The notes beneath the pieces were generated by a model, which was not told the DNA's origin, made no database searches, and saw only the letters and a list, made by a program, of their open reading frames with translations. The translations under genes and the position numbers were made by a program. Positions 9,744 through 21,083 of a stretch of DNA of 64,000 nucleotides are shown in pieces. Positions within the stretch are counted from its first letter, which is position 1. Every line of letters begins with the position of its first letter. Origin of the DNA: a bacterium (lineage in GTDB: Bacteria > Hinthialibacterota > Hinthialibacteria > H5-UNCL2); assembly GCA_015075175.1 (NCBI GenBank), contig JABTUV010000006.1:159271-223270 (forward strand), read 5' to 3'.

Positions 9744-10673
9744 ATGGCTACCACCTCGGCGGGGACACGCGAAGATATCCGCGCGCGGCTCTTGGGCGGG
9801 CAGCTCGTGGTCGGCGACGGGGCCATGGGAACCCAGGCGCAAATCCTGGATCCCAAGGCGCTGTGCCCCGAGCAGCTTCTGTTCACCATGCCCGAGCGCA
9901 TCGAGGACATCCACCGGCGCTACGTCGAGGCGGGAGCGGAGATCATCCTGACCAACACGTTCGGCGGCAGCCCGCACAAGCTGGCGCTGGCGCACATGGA
10001 AGGCGTGGGCGCGCATGAGGTCAACCGGCGGGCGGCCGAGATCGCACGTCGCGCCGCCGGCGAATACGCGCTCGTGGCCGGCGATATCGGTCCCCTGGGC
10101 GAACTGGTCGAGCCGCTGGGAGACATCAGCGAGGGCGAGGCGCTGGACAATTTCCGCCAACAGATCGGCGGACTTGTGGACGGCGGCGTCGATGCCATCA
10201 TCATCGAGACCGTCATCGACCTGGCCGAGCTGCGCCTGGCGGTCGCCGCCATGCGCGAGCTCTGCCGACTCCCCCTCATCGTCAGCATGACCTTTGACAA
10301 AGTCGTGGACGGCTACCGCACCATGATGGGAACCACGCCCGAGGAGACGGCCGAGGCGGCCTTGGGGCTGGGCGCCGACGTGGTCGGCTGCAACTGCGGC
10401 CTGGGTATCGCCGACCACATCGAGATCGTCAAACGCCTGCGCGCCGTCGTCTCCGGTCCCATCATGTGCCAGCCCAACGCCGGTCTGCCGCGGTTGGCGG
10501 GAGGCAAAGTGGTCTATCTGGAGACGCCGGAGTCCATGTCGGCCCAGGTTCCGGCACTGGTCGACGCGGGAGCTACCGTCATCGGCGGCTGCTGTGGCAC
10601 GACCGCCGATTACGTGCGCCTGGCGCGGGCCGCCATGGGCCTGCCGCCCCGTTCCATGACGTCCTCATCGTGA
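9744..10673 (+). CDS. Homocysteine S-methyltransferase family protein (stand-alone MetH N-terminal domain)
   Basis: DGAMGT, IHRRYVEAGAEIILTNTFGG, GCNCG, QPNAGLP, IGGCCGTT. Confidence 0.9.
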   Translation: MATTSAGTREDIRARLLGGQLVVGDGAMGTQAQILDPKALCPEQLLFTMPERIEDIHRRYVEAGAEIILTNTFGGSPHKLALAHMEGVGAHEVNRRAAEIARRAAGEYALVAGDIGPLGELVEPLGDISEGEALDNFRQQIGGLVDGGVDAIIIETVIDLAELRLAVAAMRELCRLPLIVSMTFDKVVDGYRTMMGTTPEETAEAALGLGADVVGCNCGLGIADHIEIVKRLRAVVSGPIMCQPNAGLPRLAGGKVVYLETPESMSAQVPALVDAGATVIGGCCGTTADYVRLARAAMGLPPRSMTSSS

Positions 10674-10746
10674 TCGATTACGATGGAATCGGCATCGTGC
10701 CCGTAATCGATTACGAGCACGAGCAAGATCAAGAGCAAGATTAAGA
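10668..10746. repeat. Hexamer microsatellite in inverted arrangement
   Basis: GTGCCC GTAATC | GATTAC GAGCAC GAGCAA GATCAA GAGCAA GATTAA. Confidence 0.8.
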
Positions 10747-10752
10747 CCGAAA

Positions 10753-11735
10753 ATGATGCTGCGAGATTCCGATCCTCCCCCTCCCAAAGGCGGCCGGCTC
10801 AAGGGCCGGACGGGCCGCGGCTTGGAGGGCTTCTCGCCGGAAGACCGCCGGCAGGTGGTGCGCAGCGTCTATCTCCTGCCCAACCTGTTCACGACCTTCA
10901 ACCTCTTTTTCGGCATCCTGGCGATCCAGTTCGCGGTCAAGGCGTTGATGCGGGTACCCGATCCGAGCGCCTCCATCACGCTGCATCCCAACTTCACCAA
11001 CGCGGCGACCTGCCTGCTCGTAGCCGCCTTCTTCGACGGGCTGGACGGGCTGGCCGCGGTCCTCACGCGCACGACCAGCAAGTTCGGCATGCAATACGAC
11101 TCGCTGGCGGACATGGTGTCGTTCGGCGTGGCGCCGTCCGTCATGCTTTACGCTTTGTTCTTTTCCGGCATCACCAAGCTGGAGGTGGCCATCCTGGGCA
11201 TCTTCGCCATCTGCGCGGCGCTGCGGCTGGCGCGCTACAACGTGCAGGCGGTGAGCGTGGAGAAGGGCGAGTTTCTGGGCCTGCCTTCGCCCGCGCCCGC
11301 GGGCACGCTGGCCTCGCTCATCCTCTTTCTGCACTACTACGGCATCCCCGTGGCCGTCGGCTCGCCCGCGGTGCGCGTGATCTTCATGACCGGCACGCTG
11401 CTTCTGGCCGGACTGATGGTCTCAACGTGCTACACATCAACCCCAAGCGGCCTGCCTTTGCGCGCGTGCGGCGCAACTTTTACTTCCTCGTCGGGTTGCT
11501 CTTCGTCGCCGCCATCGCGATCCAGATGCGGGAGGCGATGCTCCTGGTCGTCTTTTCGGGCTACATCGTGCATGGACTCCTGAGGCACTACCTCTGGGGC
11601 CGCCGACCGCGGAGGGAAACTCCGACGATCCCGTCGAAGCTCCCGCCGGCTCCGATTACGATTCTTAATCTTAATCTTGCTCGTGTTCGTAATCGAGCAA
11701 GATTACGAGCACGATTACGATCACGAACCCGATGA
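10753..11735 (+). CDS. pssA: CDP-diacylglycerol--serine O-phosphatidyltransferase (frameshift near 11425)
   Basis: LLPNLFTTFNLFFG, DGLDG..A.......FG..YDSLADMVSFGVAP, ALRLARYN, FLGLPSP; hydrophobic C-terminus continues in the 11427..11735 frame. Confidence 0.85.
11654..11728. repeat. Hexamer microsatellite with inverted arms around TCGA
   Basis: TTAATC TTAATC TTGCTC GTGTTC GTAATC | GAGCAA GATTAC GAGCAC GATTAC GATCAC. Confidence 0.85.
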
Positions 11736-11766
11736 AGCGAGACCGCCCGCGCGGAAGGTCAGTTCC

Positions 11767-13310
11767 TCAGCTGGAATACCGCGCACTCGAAGGGCGGGGG
11801 ACGGCGCAGGAGAAGCTTGAGTCCGGGCGGCTGGGTGCCGGAGAGAAGCAAGCAAGGCCGGGCGCCAGCGCCGGCACGTTCATGCTCTCGAGTACCAGAA
11901 AGCGCGCGCCCTGCCGCTCCAACCAGGCCGCGGCCTCGTCGGGGGAAGCCGGCGGCGCCTCGCCGGACGGATGCAACGGCCGATACGCGGCCAATCGGCC
12001 CCCTTCTACAAAGTAGAACCCCGGATCAGACGACACGACCACCCGCGCGGTTTCCACACCGTGTTCAGCCAGGGTCGCAGCGACGGCGGGAATGGCCTTT
12101 TCCGCGCGCGCTGCGCGGCGCGGTATCGGGCGTCCAAAGCCAGAAGCCCCAGCGACAGCGCCAGCGGCGCGGGATAGTGCCACGTCCCGCGCGCGCCCGC
12201 CTTGTCTTGGCAGGAACGCCGCCATCGCCACGGGCGCAAGCAGACAGATGATGAGCGGCAGGAGAAAGCGCGGCTCGCGCGCACACCAGGGCGATCCCGC
12301 CAGATAACAGGCGGCGGGCCACAAGAGCAGGGCCGTCGCGCGTCCGTTCCGCCAGGTCAGCCTGACCGCACCCACCAGGATCAAGAGCGACAGGGGAAAC
12401 GCAGTACCCAGGGGTCGCGGGCGAAGCGCCCCAGGTTACGGGCGAAGTTGGCGGCGACCGGACCGGCGCCATGCGGATCGCATCCCAGGTGGACAGTCCC
12501 GGCGGTATTTTGGGCCAGTTCTCCAGCCACGTGGCGGCGGTCGCATCGGTGTGAAATACAGCGAGTAGAAGAGCACGTTCATGCGCCCTGGCGTGGTGAA
12601 CGGCCCGCCCAGCGCGCTGCGAGAGACGCATTTGCGGACCGGCGGCGACTGCAAACGCGCCCAGCCAGCGCCAGCGCCAGCCACGGCGCGGGATGCCGGA
12701 CGCGATACCGCCACGCCTCACGATCACGACCACGGGCAGGAGGAACTGGGTCGTATAGCGAAACTGCCAGGCCAGTCCGCCAGGGCGCCGGAGCCGACCA
12801 GCAGCCGCCGCGCGCCGGCTCTCTCAAAAGAAAAGCAGCGCGCCCAGCGTCAACGCCAGCCACGGCCAGTCCAGGGCCGGTTCCGCCGCCCAGAACCACA
12901 TCGAGGGATGCAAAGGAGAAAGAACGCGGAAACCCGCGCCAGCATTCAGTCCCGAACAGACCCATTACAAGCAGGTAGAGAAGCGTGGTCGAGGCGGCGG
13001 CGCAGACGATGGACAGGGCCTTGCCGGCAGAAGATTTCGCTGGGAAAATGGAGAAGAGCAGCGACAAGAGTCGGAAATAACCAGCGGATAGAGGCCGAGC
13101 GTGTGCGCGTCCAACCGGGGAGAGAAACGCGCGGCCCGCGCCGTCTCGGGCGAAGAAGAGATAGTCCGCATTGAGCATGACGGGGCGCAGAGCGGACGCG
13201 ATGAAGAAGACAAGGGGCGCGGCGGCGAAGACGAGGAGGCTCTCGCGGGGGATGGGAGAGGTCTTCGGGAAGGGACGCCTCAGTCCCGCGCTCAAGAGGC
13301 GGTTTAACAT
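11767..13310 (-). CDS. Polytopic membrane protein, GT-C-like, broken by several frameshifts
   Basis: Hydrophobic fragments in alternating frames (LYPL, REPRFLLPL, VVVSSDPGFYF, WLERQGARFLVL). Confidence 0.5.
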
Positions 13311-13622
13311 GCTCCAGTCTCCTCCCCGACAGCCCGGCGCAGAGTCACGTCACCGCCTTGACAAACGTGAGCATGGCACTTATTGCCACCCCGACCGCCT
13401 TGAGAGAAGCCTGATAACTAATCCGACAGCCCTGAGCAGGATGGCCTGAGGCGCGCGGAACTTGCGCGAGCGCTCACGACCCTCCTTCGCTTCAGGCCGT
13501 CCGTGTCGAAGGGCGGCCTCTGAAGCTGCATGGTGCCTATACGCATCGTCCCCCGCGCCCCGCCGTGTTAAGGGAGCCAAGGCCGCATCAAGTCGGTTCT
13601 CAGCATTCAAGCCGCGCTTCGA

Positions 13623-13834
13623 CTTCGCGCTGCGCGCTTCGCTCAGCCCTGTCGGTCTCGACGGCGGTGCGCGGTGCGCACGCTACGACACTTCGCGCTG
13701 CGCGCTTCGCTCAACCCTGTCGGTCTCGACGGCGGTGCGCGGTGCGCACCCTACGACACTTCGCGCTGCGCGCTTCGCTCAACCCTGTCGGTCTCGACGG
13801 CGGTGCGCGGTGCGCACCCTACGACACTTCGCGC
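13623..13834. repeat. Three tandem 68-bp composite REP units
   Basis: Units 13623-13690, 13691-13758, 13759-13826; on the minus strand each is GTAGGGTGCGCACCGCGCACC + linker + ACCGACAGGGTTGAGCGAAGCGCGCAGCGCGAAG. Confidence 0.9.
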
Positions 13835-14214
13835 ACCCCGTCGCCCACGCGGATGGGGCCGGAGCTCTTGCGCCCCACCATCTCTTCGCGCATCACGTTC
13901 ATGCGGTGCGCCTTGGAGACGAGGCCGAAGTAGATGTTCTCCTTGACCATCTTCTCCGACAGGACGGTCCCGCCCGGCTGCGGCGTCTCCTGCGCGCCGG
14001 TGGCCTGGGACATCGCCTCCTGCACGTGCACCACCTCGATCATGCCCTTGACCAATCTGACGCGCCCCAGCGACTTCTGGGTCTCCGGGTCGCGCACCTC
14101 CTCGCCCTCCTCAAACACGACCATGCGCATGCCGACCTTCACGCCGTCGCGGGCGCCCACGTTGAGGACGATCAGGCTGTCATCCAGGATTTGTGCGACT
14201 TTGCCGACGATCAT
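13819..14214 (-). CDS. Hypothetical protein with a FlgT C-terminal-like beta domain
   Basis: GKVAQI....[36 protein letters not shown]; ATGA overlap with dnaJ. Confidence 0.65.
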   Translation of the reverse strand: MIVGKVAQILDDSLIVLNVGARDGVKVGMRMVVFEEGEEVRDPETQKSLGRVRLVKGMIEVVHVQEAMSQATGAQETPQPGGTVLSEKMVKENIYFGLVSKAHRMNVMREEMVGRKSSGPIRVGDGVREVS

Positions 14215-15338
14215 GAGAACATCTCCGCCAGTCGATCCAGGAACGACTTTTTTTCGGGATAAGCGCGTTCGCCGGAGATTTCGGCGAACTCGCGCAGGAG
14301 TTCCTTCTGGCGGGCGGTGAGCTGGGTGGGGACTTCCACGTGCACACGCACGAGGATGTCGCCGCGGCCGTAGCCGCGCGGGTTGGGCATGCCCTGGCCG
14401 CGCAGTTTGAAGACCTTGCCGCTCTGCGTGCCGGCGGGAATTTTCATGCGCACCTTCTCGGTCAGCGTGGGGACCTCGATTTCGCCGCCCAGACAGGCGT
14501 CTACGAAGGTGATGGGCACGCTACAGACGAGGTCGTCGCCCTGCCGCTCGAAGAGCGGATGGGACTGGACGGAAAGATAGATGTAAAGGTCGCCGGGAGG
14601 CGCGTCGCCCAGGCCGGCCTCGCCTTCGCCGCTCATGCGCAGGCGGACGCCGTTGTCCACGCCCTCGGGGATGCGCACGGTGAGTTTACGCTTCTTGAGC
14701 GCGAGTCCGCGTCCCTGGCAGGCGCCGCAGGGGGTGTCGATGGTGCGGCCGGCGCCGCCGCAGCGATCGCAGGTGCGCGAGACGGAGAAGAAGCCCTGCG
14801 AGAATCGCACCTGCCCCGCGCCGTGGCAACGGGGGCACAGCTTGGGCCGGCTGCCGGGCGCCGCGCCCGTGCCCGAGCAGCTCTCGCACGGCTCGTAGCG
14901 CGGAACCTCCAGCGTCTTCTCGCAGCCCAGCGCCGCTTCTTTGAGCGTGATGGTGAGGTCGTAGCGCAAGTCGTCGCCGCGCCGCGACCCGCGACGGCCT
15001 CCCCCCATGTCCATCCCGAACAGGTCGCCCAGGATGTCGGAGAAGCTGCCGAAAATCTCCGAGATGTCGGTGAAGCCGCCGAAGTCGCCGGCGCCCGGCC
15101 CGCCCCGCAGACCGTCGTAACCGAACTGGTCGTAAACCTGCCGCTTCTTGGGGTCGGAGAGCACGGCGTAGGCCTCGCTGGCCTCCTTGAAGCGCTCCTC
15201 GGCCCCCTTGTCGCCCGGATTGCGGTCGGGATGGTACTTGAGCGCCGCCTTGCGATACGCCTTCTTGATCTCCTCCGGCGTGGCATTGCGCGGCACGTCC
15301 AGTATCTGGTAGAAGTCCTTCTTGTCGGAAATAGGCAT
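14211..15338 (-). CDS. dnaJ: Chaperone DnaJ
   Basis: J domain with HPD, G/F-rich region, four CxxCxGxG repeats, C-terminal domain. Confidence 0.97.
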   Translation of the reverse strand: MPISDKKDFYQILDVPRNATPEEIKKAYRKAALKYHPDRNPGDKGAEERFKEASEAYAVLSDPKKRQVYDQFGYDGLRGGPGAGDFGGFTDISEIFGSFSDILGDLFGMDMGGGRRGSRRGDDLRYDLTITLKEAALGCEKTLEVPRYEPCESCSGTGAAPGSRPKLCPRCHGAGQVRFSQGFFSVSRTCDRCGGAGRTIDTPCGACQGRGLALKKRKLTVRIPEGVDNGVRLRMSGEGEAGLGDAPPGDLYIYLSVQSHPLFERQGDDLVCSVPITFVDACLGGEIEVPTLTEKVRMKIPAGTQSGKVFKLRGQGMPNPRGYGRGDILVRVHVEVPTQLTARQKELLREFAEISGERAYPEKKSFLDRLAEMFS

Positions 15339-15379
15339 ACCGTCCGCCAAACCTCAATGGTTCGAGTCGAATGCGAGTC

Positions 15380-15400
15380 GGTGCGCGATGCGCACCCTAC
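15380..15400 (-). repeat. GTAG-family REP
   Basis: Minus strand GTAGGGTGCGCATCGCGCACC. Confidence 0.75.
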
Positions 15401-15474
15401 GCCAGTCGAGTGGTTACGCTAACACAACCATGCAACAGCGTCAATTTCGCCGCGTCCCATGGGTCCCATACGTG

Positions 15475-17525
15475 CTATCGCACTTGCACCAGTTCCACCT
15501 TGCCGGCGCGGTCGGCGGGGAAGGTGAGCGTGGCGCGGCGGCCCGGCAGCGACAAGACGACGTCCCCGTTCTCGCGCGCGCGAGTACTCCACTCCAGCCT
15601 CTGCGGTCCCCAGTCCAGGACGTGAAAGAAGGTCAGCGTGCGCCCCACGCGACGCACGAAGAGGACGGGCACGCTCTCGGCGGGACTGTAGCCGGGTCCT
15701 AGGGCGGCGCACAGGACGGTACCGGGCTCGGGCGCGCCGGAGAGGCGGAGCAGGCCCGTCTCGTCGGCGATCTCGGCCATCCAGGCGCCGTCCACGCGGC
15801 CGGCGCGCAGGTCGGTCAAGTAGCCGTAGGCGCGCGAGGCCTCCGAGGGAAGGGGGATGGTGGCGTCCGGAAGGCCGGCCGAGCAGCGCAGCCGCCCGGT
15901 TATGTGGTAGGCCAGATCATAAGTATGCGAGTTGGCCGCGTCGATACGGTAGATGTCCACGAGAAACTCGGGTCCAAGAAAGACGGTGCGATCCATGCGC
16001 ACGCCCGCGTAGGCCATGTCGGCGGCGGCACGCGCCCAGTCGCCCAGCTCGGTTCGGTCCATGCGCAGAAGTTGACCTTCCGTCGCCCGCTGCGACTCCC
16101 CGTCCACCACGACCGTATTGTGCGCCAGCGTCTGCCGGTACCAGCCGCCGTGCACGGGCAGGCTGTAGCGAACCGTGCCCGGATCGATCAGCCGCTCGCG
16201 CCCGCCGATATAGGCCAAGAGTTGCAGCTTGTCGAAGTGGCCGTGGCCGCCGCCGTGGGGTCCGTAATCGAGCATGACGGCGCTGCCGGGATCGCGCCCG
16301 CCGCGCAGTTGCACCACGCCCTGGGCGGGGAAGTTGACGCTGGCCAGCGGCGGGCGCACCGTCTGCGGCGGTTGGTTTTCCGGCGTGTAGAACACCGCCG
16401 CCTCGCCCGGTTGCTGCCGGCTGTAAGGCAGGCGGATTTCAATCCGGCCGGTGCGCCGGGCCGCGACGCGGCACAAGTCGGCGAAGGCCGACCGGAAGAC
16501 CGTGTCGGGCCGGCCGTCCGAGCGGGCCGCGTCGTTGAGCGCCGGAAGCCGCCCGTTGGGCCACGCCAGCTCGATGGGGGCGAGGAACATGCGCACCAAC
16601 TTGGGATGCTCCCACAGATTGACGCCGTGGAAGTGGGCCGCCTCCGCGCTGTGGACCAGCGCGCGCAGAGCGTACACGTGATAGGTGAGGCTGCCCTCGT
16701 ACCAGAAGCCGTCGGCGTCGATGCTCTCCTCCAGTTGCCGGCGCACGCCCCAGTCGCCGTCCAGCGCCCGCTCGACCAGGCGGGCGTCGTCCAGGGCGTA
16801 GCCGATCCAGAGCAGGGCGGCATTGTGCCAGGTCTGCCAGTTGCTCCGGCCCGAGTTGCGGCCGCGGATGACACGCGCCGCCTCGCGGAACCACTGGTTC
16901 TCGATCAGGCGGCGATCCTCGTCGCTGTAAACGCCGCTCTGGTACGTGGTGTCGTAGGCCGCGACGAAGGGCAGGATGCCCGCCGCCTCCGACAGCGTCT
17001 GGGCGTACATCTTGCCGCCGATGGAGAGATCGCGTCCGGGCCGCACGGTGTGCTGGGGCCAGCTGGGGTATTTCCGCGCATAGGCCACGAGCAGGTCGCG
17101 GGCCGCCTCGGCGTACTTGCGTTGCCGGGAGAGCGCCCAGGCGACCGCCAAGTCCTGGGCGCGGCGGCCGTTTTCGGCGTGAACGTGGCAGAGATAGGCC
17201 AGATCGTAGTAGCCGCCCGAGTAGACGGCGCCGCACTCGGGACACTCATGCGCCGTGGGCGACTTGCCCACCAGGGGGCGGCCGTCGCGCGCGCACACGT
17301 AGTCGTGCGACCAGCCGGCGCCCTGGTCGGGCAGGAAGAGCGTCGCCGAGAGCGCCGCGTCCGCGCTCTCCAGCAGCTCCGCCCGCCACTGCCGCGCCCA
17401 GTCCACGCGCTCGGTTTTCGCCCGGATTTCCGCAGCATCGGCTCGTCGAAAAGCAGACCCGGATGCGCGGGGAAGCATTGCGCCGTCAAAAGAAAGAATG
17501 AAACCAGGAACAAAAGGAAACGCAT
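15475..17525 (-). CDS. Secreted alginate lyase / heparinase II-III family protein (PL17-like); frameshift after the signal peptide
   Basis: Signal MRFLLFLVSFFLLTAQC, AQTLSEA, SNWQTWHN, DGFWYEGSLTYH, PALND, DYGPHGGGHGHFDKL, WYRQTLAHNTVVVDG. Confidence 0.8.
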
Positions 17526-17566
17526 CGTCAGCACTCCTGCTCCTTCAAGATAAGTTGCGGCGCTCC

Positions 17567-19608
17567 TCACTGGCGCGTCGCCTCGAGGGCGCGCCCGGGG
17601 TCGCGCGGAAACGTGAACACGTAGCGCACGCGCTCGCCCGCCGGCTGCAGTCGCACCGTCACGTCGCCCTCGATCACAGTATAGTCCCACGGCAGGCCCG
17701 TGACACTCCAATCCAGGAGATGCACGAACACGGTCGAGGCCGCCTGTCGCCGCACCAGGATGATGGGCACGCGATCCGTGGGCAGAACGCCGGGGGGCGT
17801 CGGCGCAGTAGAGCGTCTGCGCCTCGCCCGCGCCCCACAGACGCAAAACCGAGGTGCCGTCGAGAACTTCCGCCTTCCACGGCGCAGCTCCGGCGGCCAT
17901 GCGGAGGTTGGCAAGATGTTGATAGGCCGGAGCCGCGTCGGTCGGCAGGGGGATCTCCGCCGACGCCGTCTCCACGTTCAAAGTCAGGTTCCCCGGGATG
18001 TGGTAGGCCAGATCGTAAGTATGCGGCTCGTCGCCGTCCACGCGAAACACGTCGATGAGAAAATCAGGCCCGAGAAAGACCGTGCGGTCCAGGTTGAGGG
18101 TGGAATAGGCGGTGTCGCAGGCGGCGCGGGCCCAGTCGCCGGCGGGCGTCTCGCCGAAACCCAGGCCGCGGCCGGTGGTCGCCAGCTGGGTCTGGCCGTC
18201 CACGACGAGGGTGTTGTGCGCCAGGGTTGTCTTGTACCAGGTGGTATAACTGGGCACTCCGTAGCGCACCGTGCCCGGGTCCAGCAGCCGCTCCCGCCCG
18301 CCGCAGAAGAGCAGCAGCGAGAGCTTGTCAAAATGGCCGTGGCTGCCGCCGTGCGGACCGTACTTGAGGATGGCGGCGTCCTGCGGGATGCGCGGATTGC
18401 GCAGGAGCGAGAGTCCCGCGGCGCGCAGGTTCTGACTCTTGAACTGGAGCAGCACCTCGCGCGGACGCGGGCCGGTTGCAGGATAGACGGCGGCGTAAAA
18501 GCCGTCCTCCGGCGCGTGGAAGAAGGGATAGCGAAACTCCTCGCGGTGCGTGCGGGCGTAGGCCACGCGATAGAGGTCGGCATAGTCGGAGATCGATTCG
18601 GCTTGCGAGTCGTTGAGGGCGGGAAAGCGCCCGTCCGGCCACGCCAGCGCCAGCGGCGCGGAAAACATGCCGACCAACCTCGGGTCCTCCCAGAGGTTCT
18701 CGCCGTGACGCCAAGCGGCTTCGGCGCTTTCGACCAGCGCGGTCAGGGCGAAGAAATGATAGGCTGATGGCGCCCTCGTACCAGAAGCCGTCGCCGTCGA
18801 CGGAGCGCTGCAACTGCTCGCGCACACCCCAGGGGCCGTCCAGAATGCGCCGGACCAGCGTGGCGTCGTCCAGCGCGTATCCCGCGGAGAGAAGATAGGC
18901 GTTGTGCCAGGTGTGCCAGTTGGACGGCCCCGGCGCAGGGCGATTGATGGTGCGCATCATCTCGTGGAAGAGGCGCGTCTCGACCCTTTCGCGATCGCGG
19001 CTGGAATAGACGGAACTGTCACGGGTCAGATCATATCCCTGCAGCAGTGCCAGCCCCTGGATGGCTTCGTCCAGCGTCTGGGCGAACATGCGGGCGCCGT
19101 CCAGAGGGGCGCGGCCGGGCCGCCGGCCGCGCAGCGGCCAGTCGGGATAACGCTCCGCCAGGGCCAGCAGGTACTGGCGGGCGCCCGAAGCGTAATCGAT
19201 CCTGCCGGAGAGCGCGTAGGCCAGTCCCAGCTGGCGCACGCGGCGGGCGTTGTCGGCGTGCACGAAATAACGGCGCGCCGCGTCGTAGAGTGGACCGGAG
19301 AGGATCTCGCCGTCAACCGGGCAGCGATGCCGGCCCGGACCGACGTACACCAGTTGCCGCGCGTGCGTGGGGCAGAAATAGTCGTGATACCAGCCGCCGC
19401 CCTCGGCGGGAATCTCCGGCGTGGCGGCCAGCATGCGGTCGGCTTCGGCGAGAAGCGACGACTTCCAGCGGGCGACCACGGGATCGCCTTGCGCGCGCGC
19501 CGACAGGCCGGCAAGCTCGGTCGCGCTCAGGACCAGCGGGGCGCGGACCGCGGACGAACCCGACAGGAGAATTACGAGCAGAGAGGTAAGGAGGACCGCG
19601 CGCAGCAT
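17567..19608 (-). CDS. Second alginate lyase / heparinase II-III paralogue; frameshifts near 18765 and 17800
   Basis: Signal peptide, AQTLDEA, SNWHTWHN, DGFWYEG, KYGPHGGSHGHFDKL, WYKTTLAHNTLVVDG; colinear with the neighbouring gene. Confidence 0.8.
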
Positions 19609-19668
19609 TTGAGGCTCTTAACCCGTTTGTTGACTTACTGCCGTTCCCAGGAGAGCGGTAGCGTTAAG

Positions 19669-19745
19669 CCGTCCTCTCGATACGCGGCGCGAAGGCGCAA
19701 CGCGCATGCCAGTACCTTTCGGCGCGCCGCTACTCGAGCACTCGG
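19669..19745. repeat. REP-like hairpin CCGTCCTCTCGATACGCGGC...GCCGCTACTCGAG
   Basis: Same family at 41698-41776, 41841-41919 and 8957-8987. Confidence 0.75.
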
Positions 19746-19829
19746 TTCATTTTTCTCGCGAAAGTACTTCCTGCTAAACGGCACTTACCGCAGCATAACA
19801 GAGATACCGGGCGGCTTTCCATCAATTCA

Positions 19830-19858
19830 TTGCCAAATCCGTCCAAACGGGGTATAAA
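19830..19858 (+). promoter_or_regulatory. Putative sigma70 promoter of the MoxR gene
   Basis: TTGCCA-17 nt-TATAAA. Confidence 0.45.
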
Positions 19859-19893
19859 GACGGACGCAACCGGAGGACTTTGAGGAGACGACG

Positions 19894-20957
19894 TTGACCG
19901 ATTTACTTGGAAGCAATCCGAATGAACTGTCGCGGACGCCGGTGACGGAGCTGTCCGACCGCGCCAAGGTGGCCGAGATGGGCGAGGTGCGACGGCGCCT
20001 GGAGGCCGAGCTGGCCAAGGTGATCGTGGGCCAGGCGGAGATTCTGGCGCAGATGCTGGTAGCGCTTTTCTCGGGCGGGCACGCGCTCCTGATCGGAGTG
20101 CCCGGGCTGGCCAAGACCAGCATCGTGCGGACCTTCTCGCGCATCCTCAATCTCTCCTTCAAACGGATTCAGTTCACGCCCGATCTCATGCCCAGCGACA
20201 TCACGGGGACGGAGATCATGCACGAGGATCGCGCCAGCGGCGAGCGCATCTTCCGCTTCGTGCCCGGGCCGCTGTTCGCCAACATCGTGCTGGCGGACGA
20301 GATCAACCGCACCCCGCCCAAGACGCAGGCGGCGCTCCTGGAGGCCATGCAGGAGCACAGCGTCACCTCGGCGGGCACGCTGCATCGCCTGCCGGAGCCT
20401 TTCTTCGTATTGGCGACGCAGAATCCCATCGAGCAGGAGGGGACCTATCCCTGCCCGAGGCGCAGTTGGACCGCTTCATGTTCAGCCTCTATCTGGACTA
20501 TCCGCCGCGCGAGGACGAGGTGCGCATCGTCAAGGAGACGACCTCGGCGTATCTGCCGGACTTGGGGGCCGTCTTGTCGGCGCAGGAGATTCTGGACATC
20601 CAGGGGTTGGTGCGACGGATGCCGATCTCGGGCGAGCTGGTGGAGTTGGCGGTGCGTATCAGCGAGGCGACGCGGCCGGTGCGCAAGGAGCGTGCGGGCG
20701 GGGACAACCTGTCGGCCTTGCAGCATTTCATCCAGCGTTACGTGGCGTGGGGGGCAGGGCCGCGCGCCAGCCAGTACATGGTGATCGGCGCCAAGGCCCG
20801 CGCCATCCTGGAGGGCCGCGAGTGCGTGGCCCGCGAGGACATCCTGGCCATGACCTACCCCGTCCTGCGGCATCGCATCATCACCAACTTCCACGCCGAG
20901 GCGGAGGGCATCGACAGCCGCCGCGTGATCGACGAGATCGTGCGCGAGGTGCGGTAA
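19894..20957 (+). CDS. MoxR family AAA+ ATPase (frameshift near 20452)
   Basis: GVPGLAKT, RIQFTPDLMPSD, LADEINRTPPKTQAALLEAM, ATQNPIEQEGTYP, then LDRFM and WGAGPRAS in the next frame. Confidence 0.9.
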
Positions 20958-20966
20958 AGCGTGATC

Positions 20967-21069
20967 GTGGCGGCGACATCTTGTCGCCGGTCTCGGCGGC
21001 CTCCAGGCCGCCGCGCACGCATGTGTCGGTAGGATGCCGACACGACCGGCGACAGGATGTCGCCGTTAC
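20967..21069. repeat. Inverted pair of a GTAG-like REP, GT(G/A)RCGGCGACATCYTGTCGCCGGTC
   Basis: Arms 20967-20992 and 21044-21069. Confidence 0.75.
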
Positions 21070-21083
21070 GGGGAGTCAGGCTC

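Noticed and set aside
13380-13610. 76-aa ORF between REP arms as a mobiliser remnant
   Set aside because: No HUH, GIY-YIG or other nuclease motif; largely made of repeat sequence
13623-13826. CRISPR-like 68-bp period
   Set aside because: The whole unit is repeated with no unique spacers
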